64,000 nucleotides of DNA from Eledone cirrhosa (taxonomy: Eukaryota), in assembly GCA_964016885.1 (NCBI GenBank), contig OZ024744.1, forward strand, positions 6,510,001-6,574,000, given 5' to 3'. The notes below the pieces were generated by a model. It saw only the letters and a program-made list of their open reading frames with translations, did not search any database and was not told the origin of the DNA. Position 1 is the stretch's first letter, and every line of letters begins with the position of its first letter. Both the position numbers and the translations under genes were made by a program. Positions 37,917 through 52,600 of this stretch are shown here, piece after piece.

Positions 37917-38713
37917 AAGGGATTGAATATGAATATTTACCTATATTATGTATATACTTATATGGAGATTTATGTTTGTAAGTATTTAACTTATTTATCT
38001 TATTACAATATTGTAGTAGGTTATATGCATAGATATCTACATATATTAATAATTGCATATGTATTAGTATTAAAGAGATATAGATAATTTACAATTATTA
38101 GTTGTTTATATTTCTAATATGAGTTACGGGGGTTTGTTGATTTTGTGTTTTATGTAAATAAATATGTTGTTCAAGTTGTGAGAGGAGAACAATTTATAGA
38201 TTTGAATATTTTGTTTAGCATTGAAAATGTTTTCATAATATTGTTAATTTAGCGAAGTTACGTATATAATAAGTTTACACGATTGAGAAAGGAAAGATAA
38301 CTCCAATTTTGTTTGTTAATCGATAAATTTGAAGATTGATTTAGGAAATTATATATTATTTAGTGTGAGATTAATTATTTTAGTCGAAAGATGCGTAAAT
38401 GTTTGCAAATCAAAAAAGAGAGGAGATATGTAATGTGGTTATCTAAGAAACTATCGCGAAGAAGATACATTTTTCTAATGTCAGTTAATGATTATCAGTC
38501 TACATCTAAAAAATATATATTTACAGGTGGCATTAGAAAATAATGTAGGAATTAAAAATTTAAAATTTAAATTGTATATATATATATATATATATGTAGC
38601 AAATATGCATGCCAATTCTAACACATATATGTCCTAGAAACGATCGTTAAATAATGAACTTTTTTTGTTTAATATAAGGAACTGTTTCATTGTTTTATTC
38701 ATTATTTTTTTAA

Positions 38714-38809
<96 letters not shown>

Positions 38810-38955
38810 GAAATCTTTGCTGAAAGGTAAAAGTATTACAAATATTAGAGATATTCACATTTAGAAATATTAAAATATTAAAAATGTTAAATTGTTAAAG
38901 AGGATACGATCATTTTGAAGGTTTGTAGGAATATTATAAATTCAACATAGTTCTG

Positions 38956-40545
38956 AACGTGGAATTTTGGCGATGTCTGCAAGAAAAAAATAATAGAATT
39001 TTGACAGTTAATTATATAAAAAATTCTTCGATACACAATTTACAGAATCTTGATAAAGTCATATTTCGGTACGCAGGTGCTTTCGAAATCATTTCCAAGA
39101 TATTGAATAGTCATTATTATTGCCTTTTAAGTTCCATATAAGATGTGAAAGTGAAGTAGAAGATTTTTATCAGATCTTTTAAAAGACTGATTGTGGTTAT
39201 TCCAGCGAACTTTAAATTTTGTAGAACTGGCACCATCATAGTTAAATATTTTATCTCTAGTTTTAACTGTGCATTTATAAACTACATTTTTAACTAAACA
39301 ATTATTTTGTAAAGGGCAGTTTGATTTGATTCTACAGTTACATTTTATAGAGTTGTTGTTGCTAGGAACTGTGCTATAATACTGAATATTGCTAGAAATA
39401 TTATAATTTTATTCGAATATCCTGCTCTATGTAAAGCTTTTTCAATAACTACAACGTTAAGTTAGAAATAGAGAATAACTACAAAATCATTAACTTCTTA
39501 GACGTAACCATAAACCTTAGCACAGGTCTTTACTATCTTTTCCATAAAATTAACGAAAATCTAAATTACGTAAGTTTTAACTCTAATCATTCTAGAAGTA
39601 TTAAAAACACTATTGTCAATAGCGTCCAACAACGGATTTCACGCATCTCTGCTAATAAAAATATTTTTGATGATAAGGCTGAATATTATAATGAAGCTTT
39701 ACATAGAGCAGGATATTCGAATAACATTAAATACATTGATAACAATAACATGGCAATCAACCTAGTATTAATTATAATAACAATAAACAATTTAACTTAA
39801 ACACTAAACCAAACAAAAAAACTAGAAGTAGAAATATTATTTGGTACCCCCCCTCATTCTCATTAAGCGTTAAAACACCTTTAGCAAAGCTATTTTTTAA
39901 AGCACTAGATAAATGTTTTCCTAAAGCCCACAGATACCACTCTATTTTTAACAGACATACTATAAAACTATCCTACTCTACTACTATGAACATAGCACAA
40001 AATATAAATAGAATTAATAATAGAAACTTAAATTTAAACCCTAACCAAACTAACCAAGATAGCAATAATAATATTTCTAGCAATATTCAGTATTATAGTA
40101 CCGTTCCGAGCAACAACAACTCCATAAAATGTAACTGTAGAATCAAATCAAACTGCCCTTTACAAAATACTTGTTTAGTTAAAAACGTAGTTTATAAATG
40201 CACAGTTAAATCTAGAGATAAAATATTTAACTATGATGGTGCCACTTCTACAAAATTTAAAGAACGCTGAAATAACCATAATCATACATTTAAAAGATCT
40301 GATAAAAATCTTCTACTTCACTTTCACATCTCATATGGAACTTAAAAGGCAATAATAATGACTATTCAATATCTTGGAAAACGATTTCGAAAGCACCTGC
40401 GTACCGAAATATGGCTTTATCAAGATTCTGTAAATTGTGTATCGAAGAATTTTTTATATAATTTACTGTCAAAACTCTATTAATCCCAGAACAGAATTAT
40501 TTTCTTCTTGCAGACATCGCCAAAATTCCACGTTAACATGCTAAA
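38956..40545 (+). mobile_element. Decayed PLE (family 2-related) with inverted 5' duplication
   Basis: 39441-40545 reads NFLDVTINL, RNIIWYPP, CNCRIKSNCPL..NVVYKC, CKLCIEE, SCRHR. 38956-39440 is inverted copies of about 40070-40535 and 39685-39722. Confidence 0.85.
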
Positions 40546-42089
40546 ATATATTTTTCAGCTCTAGTCTTATACGGAGAAGTGTGTGTGTGTATATGTCTCT
40601 TTGTGTGTTAATGTACGCGTGTGTATGTGTGTGTGTATATATGTGTGTGTGTGTGTGTGTGAGAGAATGTGTGTGTATGTGTGGGTGGACCAGTATTTTT
40701 GTGATACTGGTAAAAATGGTGTACATTATTCGATATGTTCAGTAAAAACGATTCTCTCAATAGAACATCAAAAACCTTAATAATAAAAGGTGTGAAATGA
40801 TATATAGTATTGGCATAAGACCAAGGTGTGTGTGAGTGTCCAGATTGTACGTACTGCAAGGGGAATCCATTAGGCCTTGCCGTATTGGAATACTTGTGTA
40901 CAAATATGTATGTGCCCATCAGTGTGTAATGCATGTGTGCGTATATGTATGTGTGTGTGTCGGCACGTTTATATCTATAGACATCAACAGGTATGCAATT
41001 TTGACGCAAAATCAATTTTTAACATTCACATGACCTCTACCGACCAATCAGAATTGTTTTGACCACAAGAATTTTTTCATACATCTGGAGCCACTTTTTT
41101 TTACATAAAACAGGTAGAATTTCCAAAACTAATCAGTTTAGAGCAAACATCACGGGCGCTCTATCTCAAAATTATTTTTGAAAAGCATTAGAAATGCGCA
41201 ACCGGTAAAACTTAAAACCAAAACTGAATACTAACCAATACTATTACTAATTTTTACTTATTCCTAATTAAACTATTTTTCACTGGGAACAATTTGTCAG
41301 CATTTTCTTTTCCTTTTACCTATATATATATATATATATACATACATATATTTGAACGAATAACACAAAACAAACACGTGGATGCAAAAACCCGAAACCT
41401 TATTAGGTTCAGGCGAAAAGTATAGGAAAAAAGCAACACATGGGAAGGATGGAGAAGAACGACGATATAGATGAGTTTAAGGTTTGATATAGTAGGAGAA
41501 CATTCTAGACGTTTCGGACCTTCTTTAGAAAATAGAATGAGAGATGAAAGAAGAAATAGAAAGACAGACGAGAGTAAAAAGAGGAAGAATGTGAAAACAT
41601 TTCTGATGGAAAGAATATGTTTTTAGTCCACCATTTGGTGTAGTTTCATTGTTTTCTTTGCTAACAAGGAATGTGACCGCTATTTTTTTACCGCATTTCA
41701 GTGAGTCATTCTTTTCGTCAAAGGAGGAGTCAACATTTCTCTATTATTATATTAAATTGCAGCCAACCAGTTAGGAACACTATCGAATCATTTTTTAAAG
41801 TCAAATTTATTTTCATATATTTCCTCCGTGTATATGCCATGTAAAATATAAAATATATTTATATAGAATATATATTTTCTTTTCCCGGAAGAATTGCATA
41901 TGAATAATACTATTTTAGACACATCTCTTTATGTTGACAAAAAACTGCTGCTTTTTTATGATGTAAATTATAATCCGTATATCGCATTAGAATTGGTGAT
42001 GTAATTCTGCTGTCAGATGTCCATAATCGGTAGACTGACTTGGTACCTTCAATTGTCAAACATTATTATTGGCATTTGAAACTTGACTT

Positions 42090-42255
42090 CGCAGTATCGG
42101 TAGAGCGTCGGACAACATGCTTTGCAACATTATGTTACGACTCTTTACGTTATGAGTTCAAATTGCAATAAGGTTAGCTTCGCCTTTTATCCTTATGGGG
42201 TCGATAAATAAAGTTCCAATAACTGGTCTTGTGCCTAAATTAGAAGCCAATAATA
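42090..42255 (+). mobile_element. tRNA-derived SINE
   Basis: gcagtatcggtagagcgtcggac..gagttcaaat..ggggtcgataaa. Confidence 0.8.
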
Positions 42256-42437
42256 ATTGTTTCTACTTTTGGCATAAGGCCAGCAATTACCCAGTACATT
42301 ACTGGTACTTTATTTTATTGACCGCGTAAGGATGAAAGGCAAAGTTAACCTCGGCGGGATTTGAACTCAGAGCATAAAGAGGCGTAACTCAATGCTGCAA
42401 AGCATGGCGTCTGACCCTCTACTGACACAGCCAAGCC
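42256..42437 (-). mobile_element. tRNA-derived SINE, tail-to-tail with the previous copy
   Basis: Reverse complement of the 16360 consensus. Confidence 0.82.
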
Positions 42438-42438
42438 A

Positions 42439-45400
42439 ATAATAATAATAATAATAATTTCCTATTGGACGCAAAGTCCAACATATAGGGGACAATACAA
42501 TAGATGGGGACAGTAGGGGTTTATACAATCAAATAAAAAAGGTTTAACAAATAACAATAACATTACACAATGATACTCCCCAATATGAGAAGGACGATCC
42601 AGGTGTGAGTTAGGAACACCAGGGATCCTGAACCACAAGACACTCGAAGATCACCCAGGAGGGCATCATTCTCCTCCTCAAATTTACCCACCTACAGCCG
42701 CATGACCAGAGCCATTCTCGCCACATTCACCCACCTTTCAGCAAATGTACTGAGGGGCAGCACTTCTCTCTCCACCCTCACCTTCCTTTCCAAGTGAAAC
42801 TTGAAAAAGTTGAAGAGGGATTGGCCGAAGAGAAAAGTGTCTGTCTTCAGTCCTTTCAACCTCGTCCACCATACAACCTCTTTCGCTACTGCCACCAGAC
42901 AGAGGAAAATTGCCTGCCATTCCTGGCCAAAAGAAGGCGGCGGGTCGATCTTCACTATGGACTCGGCCGATAGCAGGGTCCGTTCTACACGCGACAACAG
43001 CTGTTCACCATAACTCCACAAGTCAGTAATGCACGGACACTGGACAAGTGCGTGCAAAACGGTTTCGTCGCTCTGCGCGCATCTCGGGCAGGTCCGTCTG
43101 ACAGCACTTCCGTGCCTGGAGTGTTTATCTCGAACCGGCAGTGCCCCCCTCCCCGGTAACACTGCCAAGCGAGGTATTTCTGGAAGTTATCCATCGTTCC
43201 CGGTTCGAAAACCTTCCGGAACAGACTGGTCAGTTCGACTCCGTCGACGCCCAGGGCCTCTACGAAAGCGTCCTCGCACTTGCTCACCACCAATCCTCTA
43301 TAGAACTCGAGAGTGGAATTTCCACTGACTGCATTGCCCGCCTGGTAGAGGGCAGTGAGTGCGTGGCAACATTGCAGATGCCAGTCACCCAGTCTTGGTG
43401 TCTTCTTGACCCAGGACTGCAGCTCAATCAAAGAGATGAGCTGTGGAAAGACCTGTCTCACAAATTGTTACCACACCTGTTCACTGTCTAAGAATATCTG
43501 AAGAGGCCGTAACCTGACTGCATCCCCTTCCAGGTTCTCAACAACAAGCTCCCTACTCGTTGCTAAAACCTCGGCCAAAATCTTAAACTCCTTGTTGAGC
43601 AGTGTTATGGAACTAAAGTTATCTAAAACTTTCTTCTTGTTCTCATCTTTCCTAAACAGCGTTACTACCCCTCGGCTCACAAAACTGAGAAACCTCCCGT
43701 TGTCTTGCCAGTTTCGGTAGACGGCTTCAAGGAGAACAAGTCTGGCATGTTTACTCATTGGGCAGACCACCCAAACCGGACGATTTGCACAGTTGGCCAG
43801 GGCTTCTAGAATCTCGGCATATGTTATCGTCTTTTCGCAGCACTCTGCATCAGTCGCCTTGAGTTGGGGCAGGCTGCCGAGGTAAGAACTAAAATTCTCC
43901 ATCATCCCTGACACCACTCTCTCCCTGAATAGTCGAGCAAAGTGCTAGCGACTATTTGTTTGGAATTGACAAGCACGTGTCCGTCTCGGCCTGTCAAAAA
44001 CTGAATTGGGGTTTTGATGCACTTCTTTTCTTAAAGCACGTGCCTTAGCTCTGACAATGCAACCTTCATGTTTCGCATTGAAGAAGTGCTCTAGTGCCAT
44101 TCTCGCAGTTAGCAAGTCGGTTGCAATGTCAATCCTAATCGTCTCTTCTAGTTAAGCTACTAACTCCCCCACTTTTCTATTTTTTCTATCGCTACTTCTT
44201 TACTAAGTGTTATTCTAATCGCTCTCCTAAGAGCACACCACCAACTGTTGATGATTCCTCATGTCAAATTTCGCTTAAACAGAACTACGTGTTAATCCTC
44301 CAGTAACCAGATCCCTGTCTACGTCATCTATCTTAAATGAACATCACACATCTGCTAACTTAATAAAAGAAAAACTATGTATATTCAATCAAGATTACTA
44401 TATGCGATAGCTCCAGGTCCACATTGGTGCATTCGGAAAATCTAGTCGGTATCTGTCAGACAGTTGGAACTACCTGATCCTATTCTTGGGGCTTTTGCAC
44501 CCCCCACTTCTATTTACTACTCCCCACTCAATCCCAGCGTACGTCCAAGATGCCGTTCCAGTTACATGCTAACAATAAAGAGTGAGACCTTCCTAGAAAG
44601 GCTTCCAGACGACTAGACAAGTTCGGCCGTCCACCTCCGGCCAGGGCGTAGAGAGCCACCAGTCTAAAGGCACCATCTTCGTTACTGCTCACGTCCAAGA
44701 CCACCAACTTATCGTTCGGGGCCTGGAAGGTCGTCTGTACTTCCGACCGGAAGGCGAATTCGATGTGAGACCTTTTCAATCTTTTCTGGTTTAATCTGAA
44801 GAAGTACCTCCAGATTGATCCCAGACTTGTTCTCCTCCGTGTCTTCTTTACTTACAGGAGCGTTTCGTTTCCCTATAGGAATCCACTAGATCCACTAGGA
44901 TTCACTACATGTCTATTTCTGGCGGGATCCTGTCAATACGGCTCTTTAGTGATCTTTTTCCCATGTGAGAGGGAAACAAAATAAATTGGTCAGTTTTGCA
45001 GGGGATCACAGAGTATTTCTTTGCAAGGACCTCACTTTTGAAAAGCATCGAGATGCTCCCAAGCTACTTGGCCCTTACCCAGTGTTGGATGTATGGCATC
45101 AAATCTTTCGGAGCTGCTTCCACGTGGGATTGTGGGGCCAGGTTAGACTTCTTGGAGTTGCTGCCAATATCTGAGTTGGAACACTTATATTGTCTCAGGT
45201 TTTTTCAACGTTTACGAGTTTGGCTGCCTGAACCAAACATTCCTCCCTCCACGAGATGTCCATGTGGAACAATTACATAGTTTTAGCAGCTGTTGCTACG
45301 AACGTACTTTTGTTGATGATATTGTTACCGTTTTTGTTGTTGCTGTTGTTATTGTTGCCGCTGTTGTTGTTGCTATTGTTTATGTATTCGTTATCGTTGT

Positions 45401-45530
45401 CGCTGTTGTTGTTGGTGCTTTTGGTGTGTACTTTGTCTTTGCCGAAGTTGATGCTGCACTGTTATTGTTGTTTGTGTTGGTGTCTATAGTAGTAGTGGTA
45501 AACACTACTCTTGTCCTTTGTATTAGCACT
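42439..45530 (-). mobile_element. Decayed, internally deleted L1/Tx1-like LINE
   Basis: APE remnant (FRLVALYA..NWNGILD), SITLLNKEFKILA, C-terminal CPRCAQSDETVLHALVQC; (TTA)n tail. Paralogous to 46865-52600. Confidence 0.8.
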
Positions 45531-45639
45531 TGAGCTGCTGTAGTGACGGAGGGCTGGAAGAGGAAGAGCCAGTTACCAAAGGCCCAAATATTATGGGGTG
45601 ATCTTTTCTCAAGGCAATATATTGTACCCTATTCATAAC

Positions 45640-46824
45640 AAAAATATTTCTACAAATCACTGAAGCAACGCATTGTAGTAACAATGTGTAAAGATTAGGC
45701 GATACGAGAGCAGAGTCAGTCAGTATAGACAGAACCGCATGTTTGACAACACCAGAAGATGTTGTTTTGACAGCTTGAATGGAAAGAAAGAGGCAACGAC
45801 TTGATCCCTGAGGCGGAACAGACTAAGACATTCTGGAGAATTCAGTGAATTCCCGAGCTGTATCTATTATTAAGTACAGTGCGGGAATTCTGAGATGGAA
45901 TGTTGCTGAACAAAAAGAAATGGATAGGAAGACTAGGAAGCTATTGACTATCTACAACATGTTCCACAAGAGGAGTGATGTCGATAGACTCTACTTAAAG
46001 AGATCTGAAGGTGGAAGAGGTCTTATCAGCATAGAGGACTGTGTTCAGATGGAGAAAAATAGTCTGCACAAATACGTGACTGACAGTAGGGAGCCAATGC
46101 TCAGAATTGTACTGAAAGAGAAAACAATAGACCAGGGGATGTCCAAGGAGGAAATAACAACAAGGAGGAAGAACAACCTTCATGAAAAATCCCTTCATAC
46201 TACCTTCTTTAAGAAAACTGAATACAGAGATCCACAGACATGGAACTGGTTGAAAAGAGGAGACCTTAAAAAGGCTACAGAAGGAATGCTAATGGCTGTG
46301 CAAGATCAGGCCCTCAAAACGAAGTGGGTGAAACACGATATTGACAAGGAGGAGGATAGCCCACTGTGTAGGATCTGTGGAGAGAGAGAGAGGAGACTGT
46401 GGCTCACATTGTATCCGAGTGTAAACACCTAGCCCAGACTAACTATAAGGGCTGGAGACATGATGTGATGGGCAGGGTGATCCACTGGCATCTATGTAAA
46501 GTAAACAATTTACCACATTCTGAGAAGTGGTACGAGCATAAGCCAGAGTCGGTGATAGAAAACGATCAGGTGAAGGTGTTGTGGGATTTTAGGATAGATA
46601 CGGACAAGAAACTGGAACACAATAGACCTGACCTGGTGGTTTTGGACAAGGAAAAAAGATCGTGCCTGATTGTGGATGTAGCCTGCCCATTCGACACGAG
46701 AGTGCAAGAGAAGGAGAGGGAGAAAATTAACCGATACCAGGACTTAAAGTGGGAGGTAAAAAGGATTTGGAACTACCATGAAGTCAAAGTGGTCCCGATT
46801 GTCATAGGCGCACTAGGTACATAA
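45640..46824 (+). mobile_element. R4/Dong-like LINE 3' portion (CCHC plus restriction-like endonuclease), RT core deleted
   Basis: RLYLKRSEGGRGL, CRICG..HIVSEC, RHD, RPDLVVLD..IVDVACP..K..RY.DL, VPIVIGALG. Confidence 0.85.
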
Positions 46825-46864
46825 CTTTCCAGTTAAATAACATCAATGACTGAGACTCAAAGAA

Positions 46865-49800
46865 CAATAATAATAATAATGGTTTCTTTATTCGCCACAA
46901 GGGCTAACACGAAGAAAAACATCACAGACTGCACAGAACTGTACAGGACGATACAAAATGGGTTTTGGTCGTGTAAATAGGTTATAACAAGATAGAAATC
47001 GGGATAGAAATCAAAAAAATTCAAACAACAAAAATTATCCAAAACGGAAGAAACCTCCGAAGGTCACTCGTGGTGAAAACCACACAAAAAGAACACGGCC
47101 ATCCTGATCACCAGGGCAAGCGCCCTCTCTCAGTTTTCTCACTCCTCAGTCTACAGGCGCATACTCAGAGCGGGCCCGTTCACTCGCCACTTTTTACCCA
47201 CCTTTCAACAAACTTACCAGAAGACAGCACTTGCCTCTCCACCCTGATTTTCCTCTTCCAGTGAAACTTGAAAAAGTTAATCAGGGATTCACCGGAGAGG
47301 AAATTGTCCGTCTTCAATACTTTCAACCTTGTCCACCACACAATCTCTTTCGCCATGGCAACCAGGCAGATGAAAACTGCCTGCTCATCCTCATCTTTAG
47401 ATGAGGATGGCGGGGCTATCTGCACAATGGACTCAGTCGATAACCGGATCAGTCCAACACGTGACAGCAGCTGTTCGACATAGCTCCACAAGTCAGCAAT
47501 CCTCGGGCACTGAACGAGTACGTGCAGGACGGTTTCCTCGCCCTGCGCGCATCTCGGACAGGCTCGGCTGTCAGCACCTCCGTGTCTGTAGAGCTTATCT
47601 CGAACCGGCAACGCTCCCCGGTAGCACTACCAGGCCAGGGATTTCTGGAAGTTGTCCATATGCCCCGGTCTGAAAGTTCCCTTGAAAAGAGCGAACAGCT
47701 GATCGTCTTCGACGCTCAGGGTCTCGCCGAGAACGTCATCAGTCTTTCCCTCCACTAGCCCTCTATAGAACGCCGAGGTGGATGTTCCACCGATACCAGT
47801 GCCCAGCTGGTAGAGGGCGGTGAGCGCTTGGAGACATTCCAGCTTCCAAGCGCTATCCCTCGGTCTTTTCCTGATCCAGGGCTGCAGCCCCGTCAAGAAG
47901 ACGAGCTGGGGAAAAGCGCGTCTGGCAAATGGCGACCACACCTGTTCACCGTCAAGGGAGCACCAGCGATGTCGCAGCTTCAGCGCATGTTTGCTCTTCA
48001 TCAGCCACGGCATGCCTATGATCGTCTGACCATGGAGGTACGCCCTTTCCACAAAAAGAGGAAGAGAAGGCGCTCCATTTTGGTGAGAGTTGGGCGGGGG
48101 CAAGGTACGACGGTCAGGCGCTAGCAGATGACGGACGCTATGTACGCATTCGCGACCTCCGCTCTAACTTTCAGAAACATCCTCCTCTCGGTCCATTTCT
48201 GGGTGAGAGAGGCCACCCTGCTCGTGACCTCACTCCAGGTTTTCTCCATTGGCAGCTCCGGACCGAACTAGACTCCAAGCAATTTAACCGGTCCTTCCGT
48301 CCAGCGCCCCACGACGCTGTCGGACGGCATGGACTTGCCTCTCCAGGTGCCGAGTTGCAAGCCCATCGACCTTTCCTGGTTTATCTTTGCTTCGTATTCC
48401 TTGAGAGTGGTGTCGATCATCTGCACCTGTTTGGTGCTCGACACCACCACGGTGACGTCGTCGGCGTAAGCTGCCACGGATCTCCCGCATCCCAGTTCAC
48501 GTGGGACCCCTCCCCCTCATAGTCTCCAATTTGTGCAGTAACGGCTCTAGGGCCAGTACGTACAAGAGGGGCGACAGGGGGCACCCTTGCGGATCGAGTG
48601 CATGATACTGAAAGTCTGCGACAGGTGACCATTCACCCTCACAATCGAGCAGATGTTGCTGTGCATCGCAGCGATCCAGCCCCTAAAACCCGAAGCCGGC
48701 CGCCTCGAGGAACGCAGCCAGGTACCGATGGTCGACCCTGTCAAATGCTTTAGATTGATCCAAGTTGATCAGGGCCTCACCCGTGCCAGCTTCCTTAACC
48801 ACCCTCTCTTTAATGTATCGCATGAGATGGAAGTTGTCGTGGATGGATCTATCCAGAATGGCACATTTCAGCGCCTCTCCCACCAGATTACCGACGACAA
48901 GCGCCAATCTCGTTGTTAACACCTAGGCCAAAATCTTAAACTCTGCGTTTAGCAGAGTTATGGGCCTGAAGTTGTTCGGCTATTTTCTCAGCAACATCAC
49001 CGCTCCCCGGCTCAGAAAACTGGGAATGCTACGGTTCTGCTGCAAAATCTCGTAGTGCAGACCATCCAAACCAGGCGATTTACCCCTCGTGCAGTCAGAT
49101 GTCGCTTCCCGTATTTCACCTGCTGTTATCGGCTTTTCGCAGCACTGCGCTGCGGTCGTGGAGAGCCACGACAGTCAGTAGAGGTATGCACCGAAGTCCA
49201 TACTCTGATCCGGCCTACCGCCGCTCCCGAACAATTGAGCAAAGTGCTGTTTAAAAGCCGCACGCATCTGCTCAGGTTCGGGCACCATGCGCCCGTTTTG
49301 ATCAGACAAGGCCAAATTGTGGACTTTTTGCCACGTCGCGCCTCCACCATCCGGGGCTATTGAACGGCTTTCGTCCCCTCGTGTCTTAGAGCACGCGCTC
49401 TAGCTCTGACAACGCAGCCTTCAGGCTTTGCGTTGAAGAATTGGTCGAGCGCCAATCTCGCCGCAAGCACATCGGTTGCGATGCCTGTCTTAAACGCCTC
49501 TTCTAGCTTCTAACTAACTCTCCCTCTACTCTATTTCCCTCTATCACTACTCCTTCGCTGAACCTTATCGACTCTACTCTAATATCCCTTTTCAGGGTAA
49601 ACTACCACCCGTTGTTGACGATCGCATCCGTCAACGCACGCTTAACTAATTTGCTAATCCGGTCTCTGTAAACGTTACGCGCCGGGAACGGCGCGTTCAG
49701 CTTCGTGTAGCCGGGCCCTTGCCTATGGAGTCTATCTAAGTCAACTTCACAGATCACAAATTTGTGGTCCGTGTAGTCGACTACTTTAAATTGTGTACCA

Positions 49801-52600
49801 CCTACACTAACCTTATCTGTTTCCCTACAGAATACCCTATCTAAATACGATCTGGATTACCCGATGCGGTTTACCCATGTCTACATTGGCACATTCGGAT
49901 ATTCCATTCTATACCTATCAGAAAGTTCAAAACGTCTGAGCAGGTTGTTGAGGCTTTTACACCCTCCTGCCCTGTCTACTAGCCCCACATAATCCCAGCG
50001 TGCATCTAAGATACCGTTCCAGTCGACCACTAACACCAAAGAGTGGGACGTTCCAAGAAAGGCCTCTAGACGTCGGCAGAAATCTGGCCGTCCTGGCCCT
50101 ATGGGGCGTAGACGGCTACTAGCCTGAAAGCATTGCCTTCGCTGCCGGTCACATCCAGCACCACCGATTTACCTTCTGGGTCCAAGATGATGGCCCGTAT
50201 GACGAGATCCAAGCCTCTCCGAAAGAGCACGGCAACTCCTCCCCTGGTTCTGGACGGCTGGGAGAAGCGTATACATGGTAGCCACCGAAGATCGATGCGA
50301 AGGCTCGTTTTCGGAGATTCTATGTTTAGTGACCTGATGTCGTTGATCAGGTGACCTTGCTTTCAAGATGACCCCAGGCCACGTACATTTATACTGCCTA
50401 TTCTAAGTACGGCCATGTTGGATGAGGAATGGAGTACGTGAGAAAGGATCACTTACCTTGATCGTGTGGTGAAGGGACAGTAGAACCGTCCCTTTGGCTG
50501 GTCATGGGTGTTTCCAAGAGGATGTCAGTGTATATCCTCTTGATAACCGTCCCTCTGAAGTCTCCAACTGCGTTGGTGAATTATGTTTTAAAGGTTTGTA
50601 CTGTTCTATTGAGATTTCAATGATGCTTATGTTTGTCGGGAGAGTTCTTGGTGTTGGTGGGGTGTAGTAGTTTTTTACTGTGATGTCTGTGTGCTGCTTT
50701 ATATATTGTAAGAGTTCTTTATTTGCCATGTTTATGGCTGTGTACTTTTTGGGGGGGAGGGGCGATTTTGTTGCTGTTTTCTTTTTGTTGATGTTGGGTG
50801 TGTGTGTTTTGTGGTGTTTGCGTTGTTGGTGTTTTTGGTGATGCTGGTGGTGGTGTGGTTGTTGTTGGTGGTGATGTTGGTGGTGTTGTGGTTGTTGTTG
50901 GTGGTTTGCTTGTGGTGGTGATGGTGGTGGTAAAGGTAATGGTGGTGGTGGTGGTGTTGCAATTCTCTTTGCAGCTTTTACCCCTCTTCGTTTGCCTTCG
51001 CGTTTGGAGGGTGAAGCTAAGGGGTTTTTCGTTTTTTGTTTTTTTGTGGCAGACCGTTTGACACTTTCCTCCCGCCTCATACTCCATATCGGATTCCATG
51101 GCGTCTGGGAGGGGTATGATCTCCACTGCTGTTGGTGGTGGTAGTGGAGCCCGCTCCGGTGATATTGCCGCCACAGCTGCCGCTGTTTTAGTTGTCGGTG
51201 GCCTTGGTATGGGTGCCACGGACGTTGCCCTCCTATTCACCATGGAAGGGTCTTCTGCCTCTGTTGTCTGCCCTGCTCTTGGTAGCAGTAGATCAGGCGT
51301 CGGAAGGAGGGGTGTGCTCTTCTTGGCTGTTTTCTGCGGGCAGAAGGCCCTGAGGTGACCCTTCTGCCCACAGTGATAGCACTCTGGGAGCCTTCCTTCC
51401 ACGCTTATAGGGAGTTGGAGTCCTTCTTCGAGGTCTACGAGATCTGGGATGGCTTTGATGCACTCCTGGTCAGTCTGTATTAGCATTTGCTTGCCTATTC
51501 CTGACCAGTTCTCTCTTCCCATTCTCTGAATTTGCAGTATGGTGGTCTTTTCTTCGATTCCAGCAAGGACAGACGCGGCCAGACAAGGTATGGGCACGTC
51601 GGGCGGGAGCTGGGTCACTTTGACCCTCACAATTTTCTGCCCGCACTAGGAGGGCAGCAAGACTATCTCCTCACTCTTTAGGGTTTCCAAAGATTGATAC
51701 TTCACCTTATGGAGGGTGGCGAAAAGTACGTCTATTGTGGCGTACTTTTTGCCTCAGGTGATGTGTGTTTTGCGCGCCCAGACGCACCCCAAGACCTTTT
51801 GGATTTGAGCTTCTGTGGCTCTCGCCACCGATGTAACATCTTGCTTCCGGTGCAGTAAGTCACCGTGCGCAGCTACTCTTGCGACTGCCATCTCCTCCTC
51901 CGTGACTAGCACTGTCTCTATATTTCGGGCCACATCTGCAAAAGAAGTGGCCCCTTTTTCAGCGGTACCATTATTGCTGCCGCTACTGCTGCTACTGGTC
52001 TTGTTGTTGGTGTTGTTGCTGTTGCTACTGCTACAAGCAGTGTTGGTGTTGTTGTTATCACTGTTGTAGTTGGTTGTGTTTTTGGTGCCACCGTTGTTGT
52101 TGTTGTTTTCGGTGCAATTTGTATTGTTGTTGTTGGTGTTGTCGTTGTTTATTTTCTTGTTAGTGGTGTTAATATCGTTGTTACATTTGTTGTCATTTTC
52201 TTCTGTTGTCTGTATTTTGGTTGTCGCTGTTATTGTTGTAGTTGTTATTTGTATCATTTTCCTTTCTATATTCTCTGCGAAGATTTCTATTTTATTTCCA
52301 ATTCACTCCTTTCTTTACATATCTATATTTATACATGTCACTTACGCCAGCTATTTTAAAACTTTTTTGGTTTATTAATTTTATTCTCAACATACATATT
52401 TGTATCGATTACTTTTGTCTATTCTGCTTCTCAGTTTCCTGGGTTTTTTGTTCTTGTTGGTCTCTACCATAATTGGCACATCTCCAATACCTCCGTCTTA
52501 GTCATATTATTTTCTATTCAATGTTTATCTCAAAAATCAATATGATCCATTTGTTTTAATCTCAACCAAACAAAACTTAACTAGATACTAAAATATTTCC
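46865..52600 (-). mobile_element. Near-full-length L1/Tx1-like LINE, decayed
   Basis: ORF1 with CYHCGQKGHLRAFC knuckle (50719-51630). ORF2 begins MAVLRIGSINVRGLG at 50416; LDQSKAFDRVDH, AYADDV, CPRC..H...C; (TTA)n tail. Confidence 0.9.
50719..51630 (-). pseudogene. Tx1-like ORF1 (gag-like, CCHC zinc knuckle) fragment
   Basis: CX2CX4HX4C motif upstream of ORF2. Confidence 0.75.

Noticed and set aside
41500-41645. Possible HHR relic (gtccgaaacgtctag on the minus strand)
   Set aside because: The CUGANGA half is too degenerate to support a call.
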